In this document: positions 25,386-38,340 of the stretch, in pieces | Layout: each line of letters begins with the position of its first letter | Numbering within the stretch: position 1 is the stretch's first letter | From: Camelus ferus | Lineage: Eukaryota | DNA: 64,000 nucleotides | Reading direction: 5' to 3' | Assembly: GCF_009834535.1 (NCBI RefSeq) | Contig: NC_045697.1 | Span: forward strand, 115,694,001-115,758,000 | Program-made: the position numbers and the translations under genes | Notes under the pieces: generated by a model | Database searches by the model: none | What the model saw: only the letters and a program-made list of their open reading frames with translations | What the model was told of the DNA's origin: nothing

Positions 25386-27051
25386 TTTTCTGATGTGGAA
25401 TTCGATGAGCTGTTTATATAAGTTGGATGTTAACCCCTTATTGGTCATATATCATTTGCAAATATTTCTTCCCATTCAGTAGGCTGTCTTCTCATTTTGT
25501 TGATGATCTCCTTTCCTGTGGAAAAGCGTTTAAGTTTAATTAGGTCCCATTTGTTCATTTTTGCTTTTATTTCCTTTGCTTGGGAGACAGACCCAAAGAC
25601 ACTGCTATGATTTATGTCAGAGAGTGTTCTGCCTATGTTTTCCTCTTGCAGTTTTATGGTATCTAGTCTGACATTTAGGTCTTTAATCTATTTTGAGTTT
25701 ATTTTTGTATACAGTGTTAGAGAATGTTCTAATTTCATTCTTTTCCATGTAACTGTTCAGTTTTCCTAGCACCACTTATGGAAGAGATTGTCTTTTCTCC
25801 ACTGCATATTCTTGTCTCCTGTGTCATAGATTAATTGACCATAAGTGCATGAGTTTATTTCTGGTTTTTCAGTCCTGTTGCATTGATCTATGTATCTGTT
25901 TTTTGTGCCAGTGCCATACTGTCTTGATTACTGTAGCTTTGTATTATGGTCTGAAGTCAGGGAGCCTGATTCCTCCAGCTCTGTTCCTCTTAAGATTATT
26001 TTAGTTATTTGGGGTCTTTTGTGTTTTCATACAAATTTTTAAATTTTTTGTTCTAGTTCTGTGAAAAAATGTCATTGGCATTTTGATAAAGATTGCATTG
26101 AATCTGTTGTTTGCTTTGGCAAACAACCTGATTTAAAAAAGGAGCCGAAGAAATAGCATTTTTCCAAAGAGGAAATGCAGAAGGCCAACAAGCACATGAA
26201 AAGATGCTCAACATCACTAATCATCAAGGAATTAGAAATGAGAACCACAGTGAGATATCTTATTGGCCAGAATGTCTATCATCAAAAAGAACACAAATAA
26301 CAAATGTTGGTGAGGATGTGGACAAAAGGCAACCCCTGTACACTCAATACTGGTGGGAATGTAAATTGATGCAGCCACTGTGAAAAATAGTATGGAGGTT
26401 TCTCAAAAAGCCAAAAATTAGAACTACCCTATGATCCAGCAGTTTCACTTCTGGGTATATATCCCTCCCCCCCAAAAAAACACTAATTCAAAAAGATACA
26501 TGCACCCCAATTCTCATAGGAGCATTATTTATAATAGCCAAGCTATGGAAGCAACCTAAGTGTCCGTCAACAGATGACTGGATAAAGAAGAAGTGGTATA
26601 CAAAGGAATACTACTCAGCGATAAAAAAGAATGAGATTTTGCCATTTGCAACAACATGAATGGACTTATAGGGCATTATGCTAAGTGAAATAAGTGAGAC
26701 AGAGAAAGACAAATACTGTATGATATCACTTGTATGTGGAATCTAAAAATTAGAACAAACTAGTGAACATAACAAGAAAGAAGCAGATTCACATAGAGAA
26801 CAAACTAGGGGTTACCAGTAGGGAGAGGGAAGAGGGGGTGCAAATACAGGAGTAGGAGATTAAGAGGTACAAACTAATAGATATAAAATAAGCTACAAGA
26901 AAATATAGTACAACACTGGGAATACAGCCAGTATTTTAAAATAACTATAAATGGATTATTACCTTTAAAAATTGTGAATCACTATAGTGTACATTTGCAA
27001 CTTATACAATGTTGTATATCAACTACACTTCAATTTAAAACATTAAAAATA
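25386..27051 (+). mobile_element. L1 with 5' inversion: antisense ORF2 segment ~25386-26120 joined to sense 3' segment ~26121-27051
   Basis: Antisense L1 (atttgcaaatatttcttcccattcagtagg..., gattactgtagctttgta) switches to sense (gaaggccaacaagcacatgaaaagatgctcaacatcactaatc...) at ~26120; candidate TSD ataaaaagtttttt (25372-25385) / ataaaaagattttt (27052-27065). Confidence 0.88.
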
Positions 27052-27529
27052 ATAAAAAGATTTTTAAAAATTCAAGTCATGAGTCAGTTAAGAATATCAG
27101 TTTTCAAATGGAAAAGGAATCTAGCACAGAGGAAATGCTGCTTCCACACACATATACCACCAGTGTAGCTTAGTTTGTATAGTTTGTGATTTTTTAGTAA
27201 TAAAATAAAATAAAATATACAGATATGTAGATAGATAATAAATCAATAAATGTATAAATAAATAAGTAAAATAAAAAATAGAAAGGAAAAACTGAAAATT
27301 AACCAAGTGTATGTTTACATGCTTTGCTAAAACATACACATCAGACATTAATTGCTCAATTAGGAAGGTGGCCAATGCCAGTCTTTGAAGCACAAATGGG
27401 AAGATGGGACATTTTCCCATCCCTGCCTGAACCTCCATGCTTATGTGGATACAGATACAGATTTATTTACAGATATAGACATAAACTTTCATCAGATACA
27501 GCCTGACCTACTTACATTTTGTGTATTGA

Positions 27530-27620
27530 CTACACGGACTGAAGGCTTGGCTTTCCGGGGTCCAAGACTTGCAATGCTAAAACCAGCAAAATCCCAGGCA
27601 AACCAGGTTGTCGGTCTCTA
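27530..27620. mobile_element. hAT-Blackjack (MER81/MER94-like) relic
   Basis: ggactgaagg..tttccgggg..gacttgcaatgctaaaaccagcaaaatcccaggcaaaccagg..ggtctcta matches the remembered consensus. Confidence 0.5.
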
Positions 27621-27878
27621 CACTTGTTCACCCTGAAAGAACAGATCTGATAAGCACACTCACCTCTGCAATATGATCTGCCTTTTACAGATCTGTTCAT
27701 TGGCTTTCACCCTGTTTCCTACAGCATATTATATTTTTAAAGAGTTATAGAAATTTTGAAGCTCCATCCTTGACAATCACAGACATCAAAAGAAAATAAT
27801 TTCAAAGGCATAGATATAAAATTAATTGTGTGCATAAAAATGTTATACAACTGATCACATGGTTGAAAAGAAATTACT

Positions 27879-28002
27879 AGCTCACGGAGAAAAAGAATAT
27901 GAAAATGAATATATGTGTATTCATGTATGACTGAGAAATTGTTCTGTACACCAGAAATTGACACAACATTGTAAACTGACTATAACTCAATAAAATTTAA
28001 AA
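27879..28002 (+). mobile_element. Short L1 3' end
   Basis: agctcacggagaaaaagaatatgaaaatg...caataaaa; TSD aaaagaaattact (27866-27878) / aaaagaaattatt (28003-28015). Confidence 0.85.
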
Positions 28003-28924
28003 AAAAGAAATTATTTATTCATTACTTAAATTCTCAACATACTAATTTCCACGACACTATGATAAAAGCAGGAAATATAAGATACAATCTCTAGAAAGTT
28101 GAGGGAGCAAGTGAACGTAAAAGTAGAAAAGACCAATTTCACAAGTCAGGTAACAGAAATATTTTATGAGCATCACAATCTCGTACACTTTCTATTGAGA
28201 CAAAGTACAGACCTGTTTTGTTCACTTCTTTATACAGTAATGTGATTAATATTATAAATATTATAAAACAACTTTATTTTTACTACCTGAAATCTCATCT
28301 GAAAGATAAGGGATTGTTTTTCATTCAATCAATATTGTTATTTTGCTTCTCAAAACAGAAGTCTCCACTGGTCTCTTGGAGGCCATTACTCTTTTATAAC
28401 TTATGGAATTTAATGGCTGATTTCCAAGACCACAGCAGACCATACTTACCAATAAATAGACAGCAATATTTGATTTCCTTTAAAAGACCATGCTGATGTC
28501 TGCTTGAATGAATGTGGTTTCCTGCTCCTTTGATAAAAGTTGAATCTATAGCAAATATACATTTATTTCATTTTTTTTATTCTTCTAAACATTCACACAG
28601 GTGAGAGGCCTCTCCAGAAATCACCTGAGTCATTATAAATGTTTACACATTTAATGCAAGAGTAGTTTTGACTTTTGGAAGTTATCCAAGGAGGAGTAAT
28701 AAAATTCATGATGTAAGAGTTTTAAAAACAAAAGATTAGAAACGTTGTTGTACATTTACTTAGAGTTCTGATTTTGGCCGATTAGTTTTTCTTCCAGATT
28801 TTGTCTTTGGCAGCACTGTAAGAGAGTGAGGTTTGAGTTTAGTCTTCCTCAAAGCAAAAACGCAAATGAAAAAAATCTGCCCTTTTCTTAATTCCCTTAA
28901 GGGTGGGAAGCTTGTGCAGTGTCT

Positions 28925-29537
28925 CATTACAAAACTGAGCAGGCCCTGCAGGGACTTCCCAAGGACAGACACCCCCAGATCTCCCACCTGTCATTTGTAG
29001 AAAACTTTCAGCCTCCTAGGTCTTCTCTGATTTCCAAAGAGCAAATTTAATCAGAGAAGTGAGAAAATGCAGAAACAAAGGAAAGCAGTCAGGCAAGGCA
29101 AAATAATAATAGTCTAGCCATAAAACAAAGTCAAGGACCCTTTGTTCCTCCCCAAGGGCAAGAGATAATATCCTGAGCCACATCCTTGAGTTGTTTGCAG
29201 ATACTGAAACCCCCACCAGGTGGGAGAAGTTAACTGCATGCTGACCACCAGCATGTGGACCCCAGACAGGCTGGAACCATCGCCCTGTTACCTCGCCAAC
29301 AACCAATCAGAATTGTGCACAAGCTGATCACACATACTGTGACCCCTTCCCTCATACTGTCTTTAAAAACCCTTCCCTGAAAGCCATCAGGGAGTTTGAG
29401 TCCTCTGATCATAAGCTGCCCATTCTCCTTGCTTGGTGCCTGCAGTAAACACTGTACCTTCGTTCACTACAACCCAATGTCCATAGATGGGCTTTGCTGC
29501 ATGTCAGGTGAGCAGACCCAAGTTTGGTTCAGTAACA
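28925..29537 (+). mobile_element. ERV1-class solo LTR, related to the LTR at 12740-13492
   Basis: aaccaatcag CCAAT, ctttaaaa TATA-like, agtaaa poly(A)-like signal, ends ccaagtttggttcagtaaca; 5' TG and TSD not resolved. Confidence 0.78.
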
Positions 29538-32394
29538 ATTATATCTACCAGCAGACTTGAAGACACAGTTGCTAGGGAGGGTGGCATAAGGTTCATTGTA
29601 GCCAAATCCACCAACTGACAACATCTGCAGGTAAATTCTAGCAAAAGGAGGTAACATCCATAACAAAAAAAAAACAAAAAAAAACCTTCAAAATGCTTCA
29701 GAAAATTAGCCAAAGGGAATAAATCAAAGGCCAGTGAAAATCTTGAAACTGGAAAAGATAACTAGTTATCTGCATGTTTCGTTGCGCTGTAATGTTTCCA
29801 TGGTGCTTTAGGTCACCCAGAGTAGCCTGTACCGAACAAAAGCCAGATGTACATCTTAAAGTGACGCTAATAAAACCACGTTCCCCAGGGAGTCCTCAGC
29901 AAACCAGAGCGCAGCCTGTGGAGATGGGGGCTTGCTGGAGACGGGAGGGAAGGGCTTGCTTTCAGTCTAGAGTAGCAATATTTGCTCTGTTGACAAGAGT
30001 CAAACCTCCAAAAGCCAAAAATGTAAACACTCTCCCCTTGCTCAACTTCCCCTCAAAAAAGACCTGTGAAAGAAGGAATCGAAACCTAAAATCTCTCCTC
30101 CTTTCCTCTCTCCATATTTATCCAGAGCTTCCCTCATGTATAAACTTCTCCCTGTGCCTGATCAGGAAAAAGAAGTTCAAGTAATTCTGATTTCCTTTCA
30201 CCCTGGCAAATTGTGTTGTTTTCAGCTTTCCTGAAGAACTACACTGTATGTTTTGGCACAATTTCTTCTAAGCACATCTACTTCAATTCTTTATTTACCT
30301 TTTCTTTATTACATGTTTCGATTCTAATAGGTTCTCATTGGTTTAAACCAATAGAAGTTATTTTTTCCACTAACATGATCATTTAGATTTCTAAATAATG
30401 TCCTATTCTTCGAAATTAGAGTTACCTTTCGACTTACGTGTGCCTGCCAGATGACACAAGACAACTTTTTGTAAAGTAAGTTTGCAAAATCTGGATGATC
30501 ACTGAGATTGTCTTATGTAAACAAACCAGCAGTAATGTGACTTATAATACCCAGAGTTCACTCATGTAGCAAAAAATCATTGAGCCCCTAGAATGTGCCA
30601 GTTCTGATGGCGTATCAATAAACAAAGGGATGCCAGTTTCTTTCCTCAGGAAGCTAACAGTCTGGTGGATGAATAAAAAAGGTTTTGGAAAAAAAAGTAA
30701 GATTATAGAAATAAATTTCTAGTATTATCGTGCTTCTAATCTCTGAAAACAGTAATAAAAATGGTTTTTAGCAAGATAAGATTTATTATAGCCACAGAAA
30801 AAAGATGGACATTTTATTTTATTGAGCATAAAACTGAACTACATCATTCTGTGTTTATCTTTTCAGGAATTTGGCTTTGCCCATTTTTTTTAAAATCCTA
30901 AAATGTAGGTTTCCATTGTACTTTCCATATAGGAACAGCTAGAAACTGCATTATACCTTGAACCACCAAATTTCTTGTGCAGAAATTGTATGTAGCATAT
31001 GTAAAGCAATCATGAATTGAGAAAGCATGCTTTAGAGTCAAAAAAAATTAAATTACGACATTTCTAAAGTCACTGCTTACCATTTTAATTCACTGTCTTC
31101 CAGTAGACTATTTTTGGAGAAGTAACATTCTGGGGCATTTTTGTTTTCCTTTAGCACAGTGATCACACACCGTCCAAGTGTGGGAAGAAGTAGAGGTGCC
31201 AATTATTCATCTTCTCAAGGTCAAGTATCGATCCGTCACCACAAGCCAACTATCCAATAGGGTACAAGTACTTCCAACTTACTCATCTACTCCTAAAGCC
31301 AAGAAGACACTAATGACCACTATGTTTTTTAAAATTGTAGATGCTGCTCTTAAGACTTAAGAAAAGAGAAAAAAAGACTATAAATAGATTAGGTTAATGA
31401 CAGAGAAAAGTGAAGGACTGAGGGGCATTCATAATCAGTGCCTAAAAGGGCACCTGGTATATACCAGGTTTTCAACATGTATTGCTCACCTAATGAACAA
31501 ACATACATTGGGAATTAACTCAGAGAAATCAGAAGGAGTCGATCAAAAGGCTCTGTGACATACCCCGGGTGACATAAGAAGAGAAACCAAAGTCACATAA
31601 GCCCACAAATAAATCGAACACTCAGACGCTAAGAGTAGTTTGTCTGAACTCCTTCATTCAAAAAAAAAAAAACACACACTGATTGAGCACCTACTGTGCT
31701 CACAGACTGTTCCAGGTATGAGGGGGCCAGCATTCAACAGAGCAGGTGAATTCTCAGTCTCGTGATGCTTTCATTCCAAGGGTGATGGACCACAACTTGA
31801 CGCGTGCCTGGACTTCTGCTTCAACTCATTAAGTAGTAACTGCTCCAGGACCTGCCCTCCTCCAAAAACAAGAGACAATACCAACAAAAAGCAGGAAAAA
31901 TTCTTTCCAGACCCTGGCCCTCAGAGAGCACAACACTGTGAAATCTAAGGAAGGGAAGCAAAAAGCTGAGTCGGAAAGATTTGCCCCAACTTCCCGCTGG
32001 GAGGCAGGGTCCAGGACACAGCTTGGCAGTTTACTGAACTGAAAAGACAGATAACTTGCTCAGGAGATGCTAGAATTTGCAGAGTTCCCCCCAGGGAGGG
32101 ATCTGGGCAGAGAGAGAGTATATGACTTCAGGGGGCTCTTCTTAAGTCTTGGGCCAGGTACCCAGATGACAGCAGAAGGCCACACAATTCCTTGAATGTG
32201 CACATGTCTGGGGTCATCTGTGTTCCCACTGGGGAGAGTGAGTGAATTTTTAATACACAGGGCATTCATGAGAGGCCTCAGGAGGCTCACGTCTTCATAG
32301 AGGATAAAGTCTACCTGGGGTGAAGGCTGTTCAGGACACACCATAAAAACATAAAAGCCAGCCAGGCTCAAACTGACACAAAAGTACCTTAACT

Positions 32395-32930
32395 GGGGTG
32401 CATTCATTTTTCATCATTGTGTAAAAATCAACACAAATTCATCAGCTTAAATCAGTCTGCAATCAAGATGTCAGCCAGGCCGCAGTGTCCTCTCAAGGCT
32501 CACCTTGGGGAGGCAGGGGGGACTGCTTCCGAGCTCACTCAGGGTGTTAGCAGAATCCACTTACTATGGGCTGTAGCTCTGAGGGCCCTTTCTTGTTGTT
32601 CCTTGTCAGCCGGAGGCCACCCTCAGGTCCAAGATACACCTACAGTTCCTTCCCACAGAAGCCAACCAGCTGTCCCTTTCTTCACAGAGCCTGCAAGGAA
32701 AGTTCCTGGCTCCAGTCTGACAAGATGCAGTCACATGAAACCTAACAAGAGTGATACCCCATCACCTGTGCAGGATATAACATAACCTAATCAGGGAGCT
32801 ACCCTCTGATATCTTCACTGCATCCTGTCGGTCAGAAGCACTCCGCAGAGGGGATTATACAAGTGCCCATGGACACTAGGAGGCAGGGGTCAGGAGGCCC
32901 TAAAGTCTTTCATCCACTGTGTGCTGTATC
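32395..32930 (-). mobile_element. ERVL-MaLR (MLT1-like) LTR
   Basis: aatcaagatgtcagccaggccgcag..ctc..aggctc..ttccgagctcactcagggtgttagcagaatccac..taacataacctaatcaggg..gaggggattatacaag. Confidence 0.7.
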
Positions 32931-32939
32931 AAAGCCCCA

Positions 32940-34550
32940 ATTCTTAAATGAATACAAGAAAATCCTACACTCACTGTAAAATTAAATGGAAAGTTTACCA
33001 AAATGACCCACCAGTCAAAATTACCAAGCACAAAAAATCGGTGAAAATGTCCCACAAGCCAAAATAGAAGCAGATCCAGAAGTGATAGTGATGACGGAAT
33101 TACCGGACAAGGACTTAAAACAGTTATTATAAATCTTACAACTATTCTCAAGAATGTGAGAAGCTGAGCATAAGAAGAAAACACATGGAAGATTTAAGAG
33201 ATCATGATTGGACCTGCAGAAAAGAAAAACCCTATAATATCCAAAACAATATGAACAATATGCGTGTTAAGATTCACGTCAGATTAAATACTGCAGGTGT
33301 GGAAACTTACACATAATATGACAAAAAGATTAAGGAGAAAAAAATATATCCTTGGAAAGTTATGAAGCCATATCCAACAGTTTAACACATATGTGTAATT
33401 GGAGATTCAGGAGGAGAGGAAAGAGATGGAAAGGTGACAGAAAAAAAAAAAAAAACTTGAAGAACTAAGCATCAAAGATTTTACAAATTTGATGAAAATT
33501 ATGAACCTATAACTTATATAATCAAGAAACATCAAGCAGAAGAAATATACCAAAAGTCACACTTAGAAGCATCATCATATATTGCTAAAAAGACAAGCCA
33601 CAAACTGGGAGAAAATATTTGCAAACAAGTTACTGATAAAGGACATCTATCCAGAATAAGAACTCTCAAAATATAATAATGAGAAAAGGAAACTAAGAAA
33701 AAAAAATAATAGGCAAAAGATTTAAAATACAATTCAGCAAAAAAAATAACAGATGGCAAATAAGCACATTAAAAAAAGACGCTTAATTTCATTAGCCATT
33801 AGGAAAATGCCAACCACAGTGAGATATCATTACACATCCACTAGAATGACTGAAATTAAGAGACCAACAATACTAATGTTGGCAAGAATGGGAGACAACT
33901 GGGAGACAAGCTAAATGATTTACCCATCTTGGAAAACATTTTGGAAGTTTCTTGTAAAATTAGCATTTTTACCATCTCACTCAGTAATCCCAAGCCAAGT
34001 ATTTACCCAAGAAAATGAAACACTCACAAAGACTCGTGCAGAAATGTTCAGGCAGCTTTCTTCACCACGACCCAAGCTGGAAACCACCCAAATGTCCACC
34101 AAGGGACTAGAAAAACAAATTGCAGATTAACTATAGAATGAAATACTTTTCAGCAATTAAAAAAAGATACTGATACACTCAAAAACATGGACAAATCTCA
34201 AAATCATTATGCTGAGCAAAAGAAGCCAAACAAAAAGTGAGCAAAATGTTTTATTCCTTTTATATAAAATTCTAGTAAAGACAAAACTACTGTAATGATC
34301 AAAAGCTGATCAGTTGTTGCTAGGAGCTAGGAGTTGGGCAAAGGAGGTTCACTGCAAAAGGAATTTTTGGGTAACAGAAATTTTTTTATCCTGCTTGTGG
34401 TGGCTATAAAAATGTGTACATTTGTTAAAATTCATCAACCAAACACTTAAAGTAGGTGAACTATACTGGATATAAATTATACCTCAATGAAAATAAACAA
34501 AGGAATGAAAAAATAAATGACTACATAAAATTGCCTGAAAAAAAAAATTA
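32940..34550 (+). mobile_element. Old L1 (L1MC/ME-like) ORF1, ORF2-end and 3'UTR fragments
   Basis: ttaacacatatgtgtaattggag..caggaggagagg; caaactgggagaaaatatttgcaa; catggacaaatctcaaaatcattatgctgagcaaaagaagcca; tataaattatacctcaat. Confidence 0.75.
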
Positions 34551-35330
34551 AAGCCAGTAAGGATGATAGCATAGAAGTTAAGTAAATAAAGTTTCGTGGT
34601 GAAAGGTATCATGGGGAAAAATAAAGCGGCAAGGGAGATGTGTCGGAATCTTAGATAAGGTGATCAAGAGAATCTGACTGAGGCAGTGACACGAGCAAAT
34701 GTCTAAAAGAAGCAAGGGAGGAAGTGATGAGGTTATCTGCGGGAAGAGCAGGAGCGAACGCCCAGAGACCAGAGCAATTTTCAGCCAGGAAATCGGTGTA
34801 TTTGAAGCAGACTGAACTAGGGGTATAAGAGTGAGGTCAAGAGGGGAGGGGGGCATCCCTTAGAGTGGGGGACCATTGTTAACATTTGGGCCCTTACCCT
34901 GAGTGAGATCCAATGGGCAACTTTGAGCAGAGAAGTGAGGTTCTTTTTTTTTAACTTCCAGTTTATTAAAGTATAACTGACACATAACATGAGTTTAAAG
35001 TGTACCACATAATGATTTGATGTATGTATTTACAGCAAAATGATCACTGCAGTGAGTTTAGTAAACATCCATCACCCCACATCATGACAACATTATTTTA
35101 GCTTTTCCTGTGCATCATTCTAGCAGCTTTTTACTTTTTCAAAGGATCATTCTGGCTTGTTGAAAACACACACTGGCAAAAGTGACAAGACCAGGAAATA
35201 ACAGTAGAGACGTGCTTGGATTCTGAAATCTTTTGGAATTTAAAAGCACATGAGTTGGGTTGAAGATAGGGTGTGAGATATAAGAGAAGGAGTGGAAGGA
35301 TGGAAGAGTGAAGAAAGTGGAATTAGAAAT

Positions 35331-35349
35331 TGTGTGTGTGTGTGTGTGT
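35331..35349. repeat. (TG)n microsatellite
   Basis: tgtgtgtgtgtgtgtgtgt. Confidence 0.9.
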
Positions 35350-35772
35350 TTTCCAGGGAAGACCAGGAGTTTGTGTTTGTACATGTTGTCAGTTCAATTT
35401 TTTATTAACTCTCCAAGAAGAAACATGGAGGGGGCTGTGAATGGAGTTTGGAAGCCAGCACCACGTGGACGGCATCTAAACACATGATGCTAGATGAGAC
35501 GACCCGTGGAGAGATGTAAGGACAGATGGCTTGTGCTGAGAGGTCAGGAAGCATGAGGATGAGGCAGAAAAATGACTGAGGGAATGTGTCTCAGCGGGTG
35601 GGAGGAAATCCACCAGGGCGTGGTAGAATGGAAACTAAGTAACGGAAATGTTTAAAGTGAGGAGTCAAAGAAGGGTTGACTCTTGGATTATGTAAATATT
35701 ACTGATAGGTCAAGCAAGACAAAGACTGAAAATTGATCCCTGGATTTAACAGTTTAAAGGTTGGAAGTTTAA

Positions 35773-35893
35773 GGGGGGAATGTATAGCTCAAGTGGTAGA
35801 GTGTATGCTTAGCATATGCAAGTTTCTGGGCTCAAACCCCAGTACCTCCTCTTAAAATAAATAGATAAATCTAATTATCTCCCCCTCCCAAAA
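35773..35893 (+). mobile_element. tRNA-derived SINE (Vic-1-like)
   Basis: ggggggaatgtatagctcaagtggtagagtgtatgcttagc...aaccccagtacctcc; TSD aaaggttggaagtttaa (35756-35772) / aaagcttgaaagtttaa (35894-35910). Confidence 0.9.
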
Positions 35894-36555
35894 AAAGCTT
35901 GAAAGTTTAAAGAGAGCCATGAACAAAGGTTCAAGTTATGCATATGAAAATATGCTAACTTAACTGAAAAGTGAATTCCTCTCCCCCTAGGACACATGCT
36001 GTGTCCCAATAAAACAGTTTTTTTAAATTATAGATGCTCTCAAAGCCTTTATTATACTGTTAATAGATATTGTGGATTTCCAGGAGATAATAATAGAATA
36101 TACAGTATATAAGAAAGAATACTTATTTCTGCATAGGTTTGGTTGCTGGGGGCTGGGGGGTGCTTTTTCATTGTTTCCTCTTTGTTTGTTTGTTTTGTAA
36201 CACAACCATGAACACCTCCTGCAACTATGTTCTATGGAAAATGAGTGTGAAATCATATGGTAAAGTAGTGGTCTGCTAACCACTTTAATTATATATTCAT
36301 GTCAATAAAAATGTTTGAACATGCCTTGTATATGTATTTACTTATTTATTATATTTGTCACAGGGAGTAAAATGAAACTCAGTCTCAGTTTCAAACTAAA
36401 GGCCCAAAGACCAAGTATAAAACAGTACTGGTCAATCACTTCAAGGTGAAGTCTAGACTAAAAGGGCAGAAATTTAAAGGAGGTGATCGAAAACCATTCT
36501 CCCAGCCCTTACTTTAACCACACGTTGGCTAAAAGAGACTTCAGCAGGATCAAGA

Positions 36556-37485
36556 GGCGATGTCTCCTCGCGGTTTTGATTTGCATTTCCCTGATGATTA
36601 CTGATGTTGAGCATCTTTTCCTGTGTCTGTTGGCCATCTGTATATCTTTTCTGGAAACATGTCTATTCAGATCCTTTGCCCATTTTTAAGTTGGGTTGTT
36701 CAGGTTTTTTCTTTTTCTTTTTCTTTTTGATATTGAATTGAATGAGCTCTTTATATATTTTGGATATTAACTCCTTATCAGTCATATCTTTTGCAAATAT
36801 TTTCTCCCATTCAGTAGGTTGCCTTTTTGTTTTGTTGAGTGTTTCCTTTGCTGTGCAAAAGCTTTTAAAGTTTGATTAGGTCCCAACTGTTTATTTTTGC
36901 TTTTGTTTCCCTTGCCTGATGAGACAAGAGTCAAAAAAAAAATTGCTAAGGTTTATCTCAAAATGTGTACTGCTTGTGTTTTCTTCTAGCAGTTTTATGG
37001 TTTCGAGTCTTACATTTAGGTCTTTAATCCATTTTGAGTTTATTTTTGTAGGTGGTGTGAGAAACTGAAAAAATAAAAATTTGCCATTTGCAAAAACATG
37101 GATGGGCCTGGAGGGTAGTGCTTAGTGGAATAAGTCAGAGAAAGACAAACACTGTATGTTTTCACTTACATATGGAAATTAAAAAATGAATGAATATAAA
37201 GAAACAGACTTGCAGATAACAGCGCAAACTAGTAGTTACCACTGGGGAGGGGTGGGGGAGGGGCAAATAAGGGACAGTGATTAAGACACTACAAACTATT
37301 AGATATAAAACAAATAAGCTACAAGGATGTAATGTATAAAATAGGAATAAAGACAATGGTTTATAATAATTTTGAATGGAGTATAATCTATAAAAACACC
37401 AAATCACTATGCTGTACACTGAAAATAACATAATATTGTAAATCAATTATACTGCAACAATTCTTTAAAAAACAATTAAAAAAAG
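36556..37485 (+). mobile_element. L1 with 5' inversion and internal deletion (antisense ~36556-37063, sense ~37066-37485)
   Basis: ggttttgatttgcatttccctgatgattactgatgttgagcatctttt (antisense ORF2) then ttgccatttgcaaaaacatggatgggcctggaggg (sense ORF2 end), 3'UTR and A-tail. Confidence 0.82.
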
Positions 37486-37559
37486 GGAATCAAAAGGCAA
37501 GTTTGACCTGTGTCCTCAGGAGTTAGTGGAGTACATATACCAGTGCCAGACACAGACCC

Positions 37560-38340
37560 ACACCTGGGATTGTACAGGCGAGTGACTGAAGCTGACTAGT
37601 TGGTCGCCGATTAACAGGGTGGTCAGGGCATCCCTGGAAGGGAGCTGCAGCAATGGTTGAGTCAAGGAAGCGTGTTTATCCAGGGCCGAATTGTGGAATC
37701 CATGGAGGGGGAACCAGCCGGGGGCAATGAGACTTCAGTACAAATGGTGGACAGCCTGATGCTAGGGTCTGAGGGAGAAACAGGCCAGAAGACCTCATGT
37801 TCACATCACAGGTGGTACAGAACAGAAGTCCCTGAGAAGCCCATACAAGCACCACAAGAGAAAAAGAATGGCTTTGGGCGCCCACCAGCCCAGAGCAATA
37901 CTGCCAGAACACAGCAGTCGCAGCTGAGTATGATCTTTCCTAATTTCCACCTCTTTCCTCATCCAACTTCCCAGTCTCCTGTCCAATCCCGAAAGACCCG
38001 GGGAGCCTTTGGGTTGGAGGAGGGCTGGTTGCTGAGAAAGGGATCAACACAGGACCTCTCGGGTTTCCAGCTGGAACTGCCCTGAAATGGGAGGGGGAGA
38101 ATCTAAGTTCAAAAGAAGTCCAGAGTGTCCTTTATTGACCTTGGACTGGATGTTTTAATTACTGAAGTCAGTATCTGTTGAGCTTAGAACTGATCAGAGA
38201 AGTTTCTATTATATAAAGGCTATCAGAAAACTACAGGATCTGTCTGAAGTTCCATCCAGGAGAGAGAAAGTTGAAGCCCACGGAGCAGATTCAAGGAAAG
38301 ACTGGGCAGGAAATAGTTGCTTTATGAACGTGACTCTTAC
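37560..38340 (+). mobile_element. Possible ancient LTR relic (family uncertain)
   Basis: ggactggatgttttaattactgaa...tcagaaaactacaggatctg..ttccatccaggag..cagattcaagg..aaatagttgcttt resembles remembered ancient eutherian LTRs. Confidence 0.3.
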
